NCBI GenBank assembly: GCA_963761305.1
Contig: CAVXGK010000002.1
Span: 256,001 to 320,000 of the forward strand
From: an uncultured Gemmatimonadaceae bacterium
GTDB lineage: Bacteria; Gemmatimonadota; Gemmatimonadetes; Gemmatimonadales; Gemmatimonadaceae
DNA: 64,000 nt
Direction of reading: 5' to 3'
How positions within the stretch are numbered: the stretch's first letter is position 1; every line of letters starts with the position of its first letter. A model generated the notes under the pieces. It was not told the origin of the DNA, searched no databases, and worked only from the letters and a program-made list of their open reading frames with translations. Positions 47,139 through 57,342 of the stretch are shown piece by piece. The position numbers and the translations under genes were made by a program.

Positions 47139-48878
47139 ATGTCGCCTCGGCTGTTCGCGACGGTCGCGCTTGGCGCCGTCCTCCTCGTCCCTTCGTCCGG
47201 CCGCGCGCAATCCGGCGCCGACGTGATCACCGATCCCGTCATCCGGCGAATGTGGACCCTCGGCATCGACAGCTCCCACACGTGGGACCTGTCGCAGGTG
47301 CTGTTCGATTCGATCGGTCCGCGACTCAGCGGCACGCCGCAAGGCGTTCAGGCCAGCGACTGGGTGATGAAGATGTACCGGTCGTGGGGCATCGACACGC
47401 ACCGCGAGAAATACGGCACGTGGCGCGGCTGGAAACGCGGCTACTCGCACATCGATCTCGTCAAGCCGCGCGTGCGTACGCTCGAGGCCACGCTGCTCGG
47501 CGACAGCCCGGGCACCGGCGGCCAAAACGTATCTGGCGGCATCGTCGTGCTCCCGATGGTGAAGGACAGCAGTGAATTCGCCAAGTGGTTGCCGAACGCG
47601 AAGGGCAAGTTCGTGCTGATCTCGCCCGCCTACCCGACGTGCCGGCCCGAAGAGGAGTGGGCCGCGATGGCCACGCCGGGGTCGAAGACGCGCATGGACT
47701 CCACCATCGTCACCCTGGTGAACGACTGGAACACGCGGCTCCGCAACACCGGATATCCGGTCACCGCCGGCAATCCGACGGGCAACCTCGGCATGCGCAT
47801 CGAGAAAGCGGGCGCCCTCGGCGTGATCGTGTCGAACTTCGCGAATCCGCTGAGCGGGGCGTGGGGCACGTTCACCGTCTACGACACGAAGAACAAGACC
47901 GCGCTCGGCATCGCGATGAGCTGCGAGGACTACGGCCTTCTCTATCGCATGACGGAAAAGCACCAAGGGCCGCAGCTGCGCGTCAACGCGCAGACGGAGT
48001 CGCTCGGCGAGGTGCCGATGTACGACACGTTCGGCACGATCAAGGGTTCAGAGAAACCGAACGAGATCGTCCTGTTGTCCGCGCACTTCGATTCGTGGGA
48101 CGGGTCGCAGGGCGCGACCGACAACGGCACGGGCACGATCACGATGATGGAAGCCATGCGCATCCTGAAGGAGGCCTATCCGCATCCCAAGCGCACGATC
48201 ATGGTCGGGCACTGGCCGGGCGAGGAGCAAGGACTCATCGGGTCGCACGCCTTTGCGTTCGACCATCCGGAAATCGTGCGACAGATTCAGGCGGGCTTCA
48301 ATCAGGACAACGGCACGGGACGCATTCAGAGCACGTCGGGCGTGGGGCTTCCCAACGCCGGCGAGCACATGCAAGCCTGGCTCGCCAAGCTGCCGCAGTA
48401 CTTCCAGCAGCAGATGCACTACACCGGCGTCGGGGCGCCGGCGACGGGCGGCACGGACAACGCCTCGTTCGACTGCTTCGGCGCACCGGTGTTCGGACTC
48501 AGCTCGCTCAACTGGGACTACGGCACGTACACGCACCACACGAATCGCGACAGCTTCGACAAGATCGTGTTCGACGATCTCAAGGGAAACGCGACGATCG
48601 TCGCGATGCTCGCGTATCTCGCGTCCGAGGACCCCGCCTTCATCACGCGCCAGCGCGCCGATCTCGCCGCCGATGGTGGCCGCGGTGGCCGCGGTGGAGG
48701 TCGAGGCGCCGCGGGCGGTCGCGCCGAATTGAGTGCCGCGCTCTTGGGCGTCGGCGCAGGGCGTGGGGCCGGCGGCCGCGGGAACGTGGACGAGAAGGGT
48801 TGGGGCACGACCTGCCCCAAGGCACCACGCTTCTTCAACGACACCTCTCGAGTGACGGCGCCGTCGAACCGGCCGTAG
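47139..48878 (+). CDS. Exported M28 peptidase (carboxypeptidase Q-like)
   Basis: IGPRLSGT, SAHFDSWD, GATDNGTG, GEEQGLIGS, HHTNRD. Confidence 0.92.
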   Translation: MSPRLFATVALGAVLLVPSSGRAQSGADVITDPVIRRMWTLGIDSSHTWDLSQVLFDSIGPRLSGTPQGVQASDWVMKMYRSWGIDTHREKYGTWRGWKRGYSHIDLVKPRVRTLEATLLGDSPGTGGQNVSGGIVVLPMVKDSSEFAKWLPNAKGKFVLISPAYPTCRPEEEWAAMATPGSKTRMDSTIVTLVNDWNTRLRNTGYPVTAGNPTGNLGMRIEKAGALGVIVSNFANPLSGAWGTFTVYDTKNKTALGIAMSCEDYGLLYRMTEKHQGPQLRVNAQTESLGEVPMYDTFGTIKGSEKPNEIVLLSAHFDSWDGSQGATDNGTGTITMMEAMRILKEAYPHPKRTIMVGHWPGEEQGLIGSHAFAFDHPEIVRQIQAGFNQDNGTGRIQSTSGVGLPNAGEHMQAWLAKLPQYFQQQMHYTGVGAPATGGTDNASFDCFGAPVFGLSSLNWDYGTYTHHTNRDSFDKIVFDDLKGNATIVAMLAYLASEDPAFITRQRADLAADGGRGGRGGGRGAAGGRAELSAALLGVGAGRGAGGRGNVDEKGWGTTCPKAPRFFNDTSRVTAPSNRP

Positions 48879-48887
48879 GTCCGGTTG

Positions 48888-50894
48888 ATGGAGCCGATGT
48901 GGACGCCCTCGCCCGAGCGCATCGCTCGCGCGAACCTGACTCGTTTCATCGAGCGGGTTCGCGCGCTCGGCGAAGACGGGCGCGGCGAGTCCGTCCACGA
49001 TTTCGAATCCTTGTACGAGTGGTCGATCCGGAACGTCGAGCTGTTCTGGCTCGAGGTCCGCGCCTTCGGCGGCATCGTCACCGGGCCACCCGACCCTGAG
49101 ATCGCGTGTGAGCGCGTTCTCGTCGGACGCGACCGCATGGCGCCGCCCGATCCGGTGCTCGGGCCGAACTGGTTCGTCGGGACGCGGCTCAACTTCGCCG
49201 AGAATCTTCTCCGCTATCGCGACGATCGTGAGGCGATCGTGGCGTGGAATGAGCGCGGCGCGCAGACGCGCCTGACGTACGCGCAGCTGTACGACGAGGT
49301 GGCGCGCGTCGCCGCCGGCCTGCGGTCGCTCGGCGTCAAGACCGGTGATCGCGTCGCCGGCTTCATGCCCAACATTCCCGAGACCGTGATCGCGATGCTC
49401 GCCGCGACGAGCATCGGCGCGATCTGGTCGTCGTGCTCACCGGACTTCGGCGTCGCCGGGGTGTTGGACCGGTTCGGTCAGATTCGCCCGCGGGTCCTCT
49501 TCTGCGCCGACGCCTACCTCTACGCGGGCCGGGAGATCGACTGCCTCGAGCGCGCGCGTGAGATCGTCGGTCGCATTCAGGAGGTCGAGCACGTCGTCGT
49601 CGTGCCGTACATGCAGCCGTCGCCCGACATCGGCGGGATTCGCGGCGCGATGACGTGGGACGACGTTCGCTCGCGCGGCGCGTCGCCGGCGCTCCAGTTC
49701 GAGCATCTGCCGTTCAATCACCCGCTCTACATCATGTATTCGTCGGGCACGACGGGACTGCCCAAGTGCATGGTGCACGGCGCCGGCGGTACGCTCATTC
49801 AACATCTCAAAGAGCTCGGGCTCCACACCGACGTCACGCGCGACGACCGCGTGTTCTACTTCACGACCTGCGGCTGGATGATGTGGAACTGGCTCGTCTC
49901 GTGTCTCGCCCTCGGCTCGACCATCGTCCTGTACGACGGCGCGTCGCTCATCCGTCAGCGGCCGATCCTCTGGGACATGGCGTCCGCCGAGCGGGTCACG
50001 ATCTTCGGCACCAGCGCCAAGTGGCTCGCGCTCGCCGAAAAGGAAGGACTGCACCCGCGCGACACACACGACCTGAGCGCGCTCGAGGCGATCCTCTCGA
50101 CGGGAAGTCCGCTCGCCGCGCACAGCTTCGACTACGTCTACGGGCACGTCAAACCGGCCGTGCGGTTGAGCAGCATCAGCGGCGGCACCGACATCATCTC
50201 GTGCTTCGCCGGCGGCAACCCGACCGGCCCGGTGTGGCGCGGCGAGTTACAGGGACGCGCGCTCGGCATGCGCGTCGAGATCTTCGACGAGCAGGGCAAA
50301 TCGATCGTCGAAACGCCGGGTGAGCTGGTGTGCACCGCGCCGTTCCCGAGCATGCCCGTCGCGTTCTGGAACGACACCGGCGACGCGAAATACCGCGCCG
50401 CGTACTTCGAGCACTACCCGAACGTGTGGCGACACGGCGACTGGGCGGAGATCACCTCGCACAAGGGAGTGATCATCTACGGCCGCAGCGACGCGACGCT
50501 CAATCCGGGCGGCGTGCGGATCGGCACGGCGGAGATCTATCGTCAGGTCGAGCAGCTCCCCGAGATCATCGAAAGCGTCGTGATCGGCCAGGACGTGACC
50601 ACCGACGGCAACGCCGACGTCCGCATCGTGCTGTTCGTGCGTCTGGCTGAGGGACTCACACTCACCGACGAGCTGCGGGACAAGATCCGCGTTCAGATTC
50701 GCAGCAACGCGAGCCCGCATCACGTGCCGCGCAAGATCATTCAGGTGCGCGACATTCCGCGCACGATCAGCGGCAAGATCACCGAGCTCGCCGTGCGCGA
50801 CGTCGTCCACGGCCGCCCGGTGAAGAACGTCGACGCGCTGGCCAATCCGGCCGCGTTGGATCTCTTCCGCGACCTGCCCGAGCTGTCGAGCTAG
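48888..50894 (+). CDS. Acetoacetate--CoA ligase
   Basis: WSSCSPDFG, YSSGTTGLPKCMVHG, TTCGWMMWNWL, SGGTDI, GRSDATLNPGGVRIG. Confidence 0.95.
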   Translation: MEPMWTPSPERIARANLTRFIERVRALGEDGRGESVHDFESLYEWSIRNVELFWLEVRAFGGIVTGPPDPEIACERVLVGRDRMAPPDPVLGPNWFVGTRLNFAENLLRYRDDREAIVAWNERGAQTRLTYAQLYDEVARVAAGLRSLGVKTGDRVAGFMPNIPETVIAMLAATSIGAIWSSCSPDFGVAGVLDRFGQIRPRVLFCADAYLYAGREIDCLERAREIVGRIQEVEHVVVVPYMQPSPDIGGIRGAMTWDDVRSRGASPALQFEHLPFNHPLYIMYSSGTTGLPKCMVHGAGGTLIQHLKELGLHTDVTRDDRVFYFTTCGWMMWNWLVSCLALGSTIVLYDGASLIRQRPILWDMASAERVTIFGTSAKWLALAEKEGLHPRDTHDLSALEAILSTGSPLAAHSFDYVYGHVKPAVRLSSISGGTDIISCFAGGNPTGPVWRGELQGRALGMRVEIFDEQGKSIVETPGELVCTAPFPSMPVAFWNDTGDAKYRAAYFEHYPNVWRHGDWAEITSHKGVIIYGRSDATLNPGGVRIGTAEIYRQVEQLPEIIESVVIGQDVTTDGNADVRIVLFVRLAEGLTLTDELRDKIRVQIRSNASPHHVPRKIIQVRDIPRTISGKITELAVRDVVHGRPVKNVDALANPAALDLFRDLPELSS

Positions 50895-52960
50895 TACGCC
50901 GGCGCCGTGCCGCAGGCCGACTCGATTTGCGCGCGATAGTCGGGTGGCGTGGTGAGACGATCCAACGGCAGATGCGCGAGCAGCGCCGTGCGGTCGGCGC
51001 GGCACTTGTCGGGCGTGCCGAGTGATGCGTCGGCGGAGAGCAGGGTGAGGAGCGGCTCGTATGCCTGCAGGCCCATCGAGCGCGTCACGTCGTCGATTCG
51101 AATCGAGCTGTCGGCATAGCCGCGATAGCGCGCGACGTCGAACAGGTGGTGGCGAAGAACCTGCGGGTCGACGGGCGGGTTGATCGCCGGGGCGGCGAGG
51201 AAATAGAAACCCTCAAGTCGGCCGTACGGTGCGAGCCATTCCATCGACCGCTGCGTGGCGGTGATCGCGAACGCGAGCGGGCGCTTCCATGCGTTCGTGC
51301 GCACGATGTCCAGCAACACGATCTCCGCCGGAAGCATGGTGTCGCCGTACATCGGGTGGACGTTGAGCCGGATCGAATCGGGCGGCACGGCGCCGGCCGG
51401 GAGTGCGAGCGTCTCCGGCGCTCCAGCTACTCGCACGGTGGCGACGGTATCAGACCACGCACGCTGGCCGAGCGCGGTGCGTTGCTCGCGCGACATCGAC
51501 AGTGGAAACAAGGAGTCTCGTCGCGTGAGCTGCTCGGGCCACCACGGAACACTCGCGACTGACAGATTGATGATCGTGACGTCGGGTCGCACGCCTTCGA
51601 CCGACTGCAGGTACATCACCGGGAACGTGTCGTTGTCGCCGACGGTGAAGTAGATCGCGCGCGGGGGAAGTCCGAGCAGGGCGTTCGCCGCGTAGTCGCG
51701 GGCGAAGTAGCGTCGCGACGCGTCGTTCGCCGACCAGTTGCTCCAGAGGCGCGCCGCGGGCAGGATGGTGAACAGCGCAGCGGCAACTGCCACCGTCTGG
51801 GGTGTACGAAGTCGCGCCGCCACCGCCGCCATCGCGCCGCCGAGTCCGCACGCGACGAACACGCCGATCGTCACGCACACGGGCAGATAGTGGCGGTCGA
51901 ACGTTCTGAAGAAATTCGCGGGTATGTTGAAGTAGAGCACCGTGAACGCCGCTTGCAGCAGGACCACGCTCGCGAGCGCCGCGGCCAGTCGGCGATTGCC
52001 GCGCCACAGCGTCACGAATCCCCAGACCGCGGCCACGGCGGGAAGAACGCCAAGCCATCGCGACGGTCCGCTCCACTGCAAGTAGTTGTCGCGAAGAACG
52101 CGGAGCAGGTCCGCCGTCTGCACCGACCACACCGGCGACTTTCGCGGAAACAATTGAAGCAGGAACGATCCGCCGAGCTGCTTGATCGTCACGTAGTCCC
52201 AGAAGCGCGACAGCGTGCTCGGCTCGCTGAAGTTGAGCGTCGAGCGCGTGAGCACCGCCATCGGGATGAGCAGCAGTTGCACGGCGAGTCCCGCGACGAG
52301 CCCGCCGGCCCCCGCGACGATCGTTCGCGGTGATCTCGCCGTGACCGGACGGCGAATCAGAATCCACACGATGGCGCCCGGGATGAGCAGCGCGTTGGTG
52401 CGATGCACGCTGAAGTCGAGGCCGAACAAGAGCGCAACCAGCACGAGCCAGCGCCACGCGTCGGGACGGTCGGCGTCGATCCACCACCGGAACAGCGTCC
52501 ACAGGATCAGTCCGGTGAACACGGCGCTGAGCACGTAGGGCGTGAACTGAATCGCGTACGTCCACAGCGTGCCGCCGAAGGCGAAGGTGAGCGCGCCAGC
52601 CGCAACGCCGAAGGCAGCAGCCGAGTTGCCGCGCTCCCCCGGGCCCGCGATGCGCAGTGCCATCGTCGCCGCCGCATACACCAGTGCCACGACGAATGCC
52701 GCGAGCAGACCCGCGAGGAGATTCAGGGCGTGCGCCGGCGAGTCGACGAACGGAAGGTGGGCGACGGGCCAGCCGAACAGCGTCAGGAGCAGCGACCCCG
52801 GCGGCGAGTTGATGCCGAGCGTGGCCGCCGCGAGCGAGTAGCTGCTCGAGTCCCACCACGTGATCGTCGGATAGGCCGTTCGCCAGAAGACAGCGATCGC
52901 GATCGCCGTGACGACGATCGCGCCGATGGACTGCGCTCCAAGACGACGATTGCCGCGCAT
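50891..52960 (-). CDS. DUF2723 / TMEM260-like GT-C membrane protein
   Basis: PTITWWDS..LGINSPPG N-terminus; GDNDTFPVMYLQSVEGVRPDV. Confidence 0.85.
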   Translation of the reverse strand: MRGNRRLGAQSIGAIVVTAIAIAVFWRTAYPTITWWDSSSYSLAAATLGINSPPGSLLLTLFGWPVAHLPFVDSPAHALNLLAGLLAAFVVALVYAAATMALRIAGPGERGNSAAAFGVAAGALTFAFGGTLWTYAIQFTPYVLSAVFTGLILWTLFRWWIDADRPDAWRWLVLVALLFGLDFSVHRTNALLIPGAIVWILIRRPVTARSPRTIVAGAGGLVAGLAVQLLLIPMAVLTRSTLNFSEPSTLSRFWDYVTIKQLGGSFLLQLFPRKSPVWSVQTADLLRVLRDNYLQWSGPSRWLGVLPAVAAVWGFVTLWRGNRRLAAALASVVLLQAAFTVLYFNIPANFFRTFDRHYLPVCVTIGVFVACGLGGAMAAVAARLRTPQTVAVAAALFTILPAARLWSNWSANDASRRYFARDYAANALLGLPPRAIYFTVGDNDTFPVMYLQSVEGVRPDVTIINLSVASVPWWPEQLTRRDSLFPLSMSREQRTALGQRAWSDTVATVRVAGAPETLALPAGAVPPDSIRLNVHPMYGDTMLPAEIVLLDIVRTNAWKRPLAFAITATQRSMEWLAPYGRLEGFYFLAAPAINPPVDPQVLRHHLFDVARYRGYADSSIRIDDVTRSMGLQAYEPLLTLLSADASLGTPDKCRADRTALLAHLPLDRLTTPPDYRAQIESACGTAPAY

Positions 52961-53018
52961 AAGACAAAATCTTATCACTAGCGTGCGACCCGTGTCAACC
53001 TGCCGCTCCCGTAGTTCT

Positions 53019-54680
53019 CTACGTGCGTCCGGCGATCGACTCGGTGATCTCGGCGGCGAGCGCCTCGACGAGTGCGCGCAGTTTCCGGCGGCGGGTTCTC
53101 ACGCGCCTCACAAAAATCGTTCGCGCGACGCCGAACGTCGTGGCGATCGTGCCCAACCACGCCGCGGCGGCGACGAGCGGGTGATGCCTGGCCATGAGGA
53201 CGGCGAACACCATGGCACCACCGCCCACGCCGGCGGGGCCCATCGTCGGACCGAAGGTCGTGCCGCTGACCGCAGCCAGATTCTCGGTGCATCGGATCGT
53301 CGTCTTGCCTCGGCGCGCGACGATCGTGACGCTCATGCGCCGCGCTCCGCTGTTCGAGCTCCAATTGAGCGAGCGGCCGACTGCGGTCAATGTGCCCGCG
53401 TCGCCGGCCGTTCGCTGACGGATCACGTTGCCGAGCACGTCGAAGTCGCGCTCGGAGACCTCGCCATCGACGACGCCTTCGTATTCGATCACCAGTGCTT
53501 CGCCGGCAAGAAGGCTCTTCGATTCGGTGAGGTCGGTGATCGCGATCGGCGCGGCGACGGTCGAGCTCGACGGCGTGAGCCCGTACTCGACGAGCGCGCG
53601 GTCGATCGCTTTCGTCGCAATACCGGCTTCGCGCGCCGAGCCGCGCACATCGGCCAGCGCGTAGCCCGAGGTCGGCGCCTCATCGCGAGGCTTCATCGGG
53701 GCAAGCGGCGAGAGTGGCGGCGCGCTCGACGATTCCTGGAGTTCCGCCGCGCGGCGCCAGATCTGTTGCGCGTCGGTGTCCGACACGATGACGCGCCGCT
53801 CACCCGGCGCGGGCTCCGGTGTTTCCGACGCGATCTCGCCGAGCTCGCGCGCGAGTTGTGCGCCGCTTTGGAAGCGCGCCGCCGGATCCTTGGCCAGGCA
53901 GCGGTCGATCGCCGACGCCAGCCGCGCGCCGACGCCCGGCGCGACCGAGCGCAGGGTCGGCGGCGTCTTGGTGACGTGCGCGACCAGCACCGCCGATGCG
54001 AGCTGGGCGTCGAACGGAAACCGGCCGCTCAGCGCGAGGAATCCGGCGACGCCGAGCGAGTAGATGTCGCTGCGCGCATCGACGCCCTCGCCGGCGACTT
54101 GCTCCGGGCTCAGATAGTACACGGTGCCGAGCACCTGACCCGTCGCGGTAAGCGGCGTGGCCTCGGCCAGGCGCGCGATGCCGAAGTCCGTGACGAGGGC
54201 GCGTCCGGTGGAGCGTTCGACGAGAATGTTCTCCGCCTTCACGTCGCGGTGGATGACGCCGTGCACGTGCGCGTAGTCGAGCGCGAGCGCGACGTCGCGC
54301 ATCTCACGAACGACTTCGCTCTCGTCGAGATGGCCGAATGCGCGGATGCGCTGCGCCATCGAATCGCCGTCGACGTAGCCCATCACGAAGAAGACGTGTC
54401 CGGCGATTTCGTCGGCGCGGTGGATGGGGACGATGTTCTGGTGCGACAGCCCGCCGGCGGTGCGCGCTTCGCGCAGGAAACGCTCGCGCACGATCGGGTC
54501 GTTGGCGAGGTGCGGCGGGAGCGTTTTGATGGCGACGCGTCGATCGAGCCGGATGTCGCGTGCGAGGTACACGATGCCCATGCCGCCGCGCCCGATTTCG
54601 CGGAGCAGCTCGTACTGGCCCGCCAGAGCTTCGGCGAGACGGTTGAAGTCGTCGGATTGAGCGGGAAGGGCGGCGGTCAC
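53019..54680 (-). CDS. Hanks-type Ser/Thr kinase with C-terminal 2-TM domain
   Basis: IGRGGMG, VAIK, HRDVKAEN, DFGIA, YLSPEQ, DIYSLG. Confidence 0.93.
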   Translation of the reverse strand: MTAALPAQSDDFNRLAEALAGQYELLREIGRGGMGIVYLARDIRLDRRVAIKTLPPHLANDPIVRERFLREARTAGGLSHQNIVPIHRADEIAGHVFFVMGYVDGDSMAQRIRAFGHLDESEVVREMRDVALALDYAHVHGVIHRDVKAENILVERSTGRALVTDFGIARLAEATPLTATGQVLGTVYYLSPEQVAGEGVDARSDIYSLGVAGFLALSGRFPFDAQLASAVLVAHVTKTPPTLRSVAPGVGARLASAIDRCLAKDPAARFQSGAQLARELGEIASETPEPAPGERRVIVSDTDAQQIWRRAAELQESSSAPPLSPLAPMKPRDEAPTSGYALADVRGSAREAGIATKAIDRALVEYGLTPSSSTVAAPIAITDLTESKSLLAGEALVIEYEGVVDGEVSERDFDVLGNVIRQRTAGDAGTLTAVGRSLNWSSNSGARRMSVTIVARRGKTTIRCTENLAAVSGTTFGPTMGPAGVGGGAMVFAVLMARHHPLVAAAAWLGTIATTFGVARTIFVRRVRTRRRKLRALVEALAAEITESIAGRT

Positions 54681-54841
54681 CGGGTATACATTATCCTCGG
54701 GCGGTTCATTCCGCAGGGCTTTGACCTCGTCGCACAGGCTGTCTAGGATTTCCGGCAGCGAGCGACGACGCGTATCGAGAACTAGTGCGGCACCGCAGGC
54801 CGAGAGGTTGCGTGCCGATCATCGGGCGACACGGAGCGAGC

Positions 54842-55966
54842 ATGGCCACGCAAACCCGGCCCACCGAGACGGAAACGCGAGACACGTTTCCGATCAACGG
54901 AACCGACTACATCGAGTTCTACGTCGGGAACGGGAAGCAGGCGTCGCATTTTTATCAGAGCGCGTTCGGCTTTCAGCTCGCCGCCTACCAGGGCCCCGAG
55001 ACGGGCATGCGCGACCGCGCGAGCTATTTGCTCGTACAGGACAAGATCCGCCTCGTCATCACGACGCCGCTGAGTCCCGACGGCGACATCGCGGACCACG
55101 TGCGCCGCCACGGCGACGGCGTACGCGACATCGCGCTCTGGGTGGACGACGCGCGCGACGCGTACGCCAAGGCGCTCGAGCGCGGCGCCGAATCGGCCGC
55201 CCCGCCGAGGGTGCTGCGCGACGGGGACGGCGAAGTGGTGATCGCCGCGATCAAGATCTACGGCGACACGATTCACTCGTTGGTCGAGCGCAAGAACTAT
55301 CGCGGCGTGTTCATGCCCGGGTTCGCGCGACGCGACCCGCACTTTCAGGCGCGGCCGACCGGCCTGAAGTACGTCGACCACTGCGTCGGCAACGTCGAGC
55401 TCGGGCGCATGAACAAGTGGGTCGGATTCTACGAGCGGGTGATGGGCTTCAAGAATCTCATCTCGTTCGACGACACGGACATCTCGACGGAATACTCGTC
55501 GCTCATGTCGAAGGTGATGTCGAACGGCAACGAGCGGATCAAGTTCCCGATCAACGAGCCGGCGAAGGGGAAGAAGAAGTCGCAGATCGACGAATACCTC
55601 GAGTTCTACCACGGCCCCGGCGTGCAGCATATCGCGCTGGCGACGGACGACATCATCGCCACCGTGACCGCCCTCCACGACCGCGGGGTCGAGTTCCTGC
55701 GCGTGCCGACGACGTACTACGAGGAGTTGCAAGGCCGCGTCGGCAAGATCGACGAGCCGATCGACAAGCTCGAGGAGCTCGGCATCCTCGTCGACCGCGA
55801 CCCCGACGGCTACCTGCTGCAGATCTTCTCGAAGCCGGTCGAGGACCGGCCGACGCTGTTCTACGAGATCATCGAGCGGAAGGGCGCGCGGAGCTTCGGC
55901 AAGGGAAACTTCAAGGCGCTGTTCGAGGCCATCGAGCGCGAGCAGGCGGCGAGGGGGAACCTGTAG
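54842..55966 (+). CDS. hppD: 4-hydroxyphenylpyruvate dioxygenase
   Basis: DHCVGN, PINEP, SQIDEYL..GVQHIAL, LLQIF, FGKGNFKALFEAIE. Confidence 0.97.
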   Translation: MATQTRPTETETRDTFPINGTDYIEFYVGNGKQASHFYQSAFGFQLAAYQGPETGMRDRASYLLVQDKIRLVITTPLSPDGDIADHVRRHGDGVRDIALWVDDARDAYAKALERGAESAAPPRVLRDGDGEVVIAAIKIYGDTIHSLVERKNYRGVFMPGFARRDPHFQARPTGLKYVDHCVGNVELGRMNKWVGFYERVMGFKNLISFDDTDISTEYSSLMSKVMSNGNERIKFPINEPAKGKKKSQIDEYLEFYHGPGVQHIALATDDIIATVTALHDRGVEFLRVPTTYYEELQGRVGKIDEPIDKLEELGILVDRDPDGYLLQIFSKPVEDRPTLFYEIIERKGARSFGKGNFKALFEAIEREQAARGNL

Positions 55967-55996
55967 GCCGTATCGAAACGTCCAGACTTCTTCGGG

Positions 55997-56118
55997 TGGC
56001 CTGATGGCGCCCCTTAGGCGGCAGCATCAGCGTCAGCATCAGGAAGTGCCGCGGTCGTTGCCCGATGCTGATGCTGTCGCTGACCGCTAGAGTGCTCGTT
56101 TATCAGAGATCGCTATCA
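55997..56118. repeat. Palindromic REP/MITE-like element, copy 1
   Basis: CAGCATCAGGAA..GATGCTG..GCTAGAGTGCTC..AGATCGCTATCA shared with 57343-57500. Confidence 0.8.
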
Positions 56119-56137
56119 ACCACGCACCACAAAGAGC

Positions 56138-57337
56138 ATGCCGATCTACCACACGTTCGGCTCCATCCCGCGGAAGCGGCACACGGCGTTCCGGAAGCCC
56201 GGCGGCGGCATCTACGCCGAGGAGCTCATGGGCCACGAGGGGTTCACCGGCACGTCGTCGCTGCTGTACCACGTGCATCCGCCGACGACGGTGAAGTCCG
56301 TGCGGCGCCTGAAGGAAACGAAGCTCGAGGCCGACCCCGACCGGACGCTTCGGCACCGCCATTTCCTCACCGCGCGCGCCAAGAAGGGCGGCAGCCCGAC
56401 GCTCGATCGCATGCCGCTGCTGTTCAACCAGGACATCGCGATGTCGTACGTCGAGCCGGACAAGCAGGACGAGCATTTCTACCGGAACGCGCAGTGCGAC
56501 GAGTTGGTGTACGTCGCCAAGGGCATGGGGACGCTCGAGTCGGTGTTCGGCGACCTGCCGTTTCGTGAGGGCGACTACCTGGTCATCCATCGCGGCATCC
56601 TGCACCGCTACCTGTTCGATCCATCGGGCGATCCGCCCAAGCTGCTCGTCTTCGAGAGCCGCGGACACGTGCGCTGGCCCAAGCGCTACCGCAACGAGTT
56701 CGGGCAGCTCATGGAGGGCGCGCCGTACTCGGAGCGCGACATCCGCCTGCCGCTCGAGCTCGAGACGCACGACCAGATGGGCGACTTCCAGATGCTCGTG
56801 AAGCAGTACGACGGGATCAACGAGTTGATCCTCGACCACCATCCGTTCGACGTCGTCGGGTGGGACGGCTACTTCTACCCGTGGGCGTTCAACATCGACG
56901 ACTTCGAGCCGATCGTCGGACGCGTGCATCAGCCGCCGCCGGTGCACCAGACGTTCCAGGGCGACGGCTTCGTCGTCTGCTCGTTCTGCCCGCGCCCGTT
57001 CGACTTCGACCCGAACGCCGTGCCCGCGCCGTACAACCACAGCAACGTGGATTCGGACGAAGTGCTGTACTACGCGTCGAGTGAATTCATGAGCCGAAAG
57101 GGGATCGAGTTCGGCAGCATCACGCATCACCCCGACGGCATCCCCCACGGTCCGCACCCGGGCCGCGCCGAAGCGTCGATCGGCGCGAAGTCGACGAACG
57201 AGCTCGCCGTGATGATGGACACCTTCCGCCCGCTGCACGTGGCGAAGGCGGCGAAAGAGTTCGAGGACCCGAACTACCACAAGAGCTGGATCGAGGCGCA
57301 GCACTCAGGCGTGGCCTTCAACCCGCCGACCAGCTGA
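56138..57337 (+). CDS. hmgA: Homogentisate 1,2-dioxygenase
   Basis: HPFDVVGWDG, HQPPPVH, PYNHSNVDSDE, HPDGIPHGP, ELAVMMDTF; follows hppD. Confidence 0.95.
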   Translation: MPIYHTFGSIPRKRHTAFRKPGGGIYAEELMGHEGFTGTSSLLYHVHPPTTVKSVRRLKETKLEADPDRTLRHRHFLTARAKKGGSPTLDRMPLLFNQDIAMSYVEPDKQDEHFYRNAQCDELVYVAKGMGTLESVFGDLPFREGDYLVIHRGILHRYLFDPSGDPPKLLVFESRGHVRWPKRYRNEFGQLMEGAPYSERDIRLPLELETHDQMGDFQMLVKQYDGINELILDHHPFDVVGWDGYFYPWAFNIDDFEPIVGRVHQPPPVHQTFQGDGFVVCSFCPRPFDFDPNAVPAPYNHSNVDSDEVLYYASSEFMSRKGIEFGSITHHPDGIPHGPHPGRAEASIGAKSTNELAVMMDTFRPLHVAKAAKEFEDPNYHKSWIEAQHSGVAFNPPTS

Positions 57338-57342
57338 GGGGC

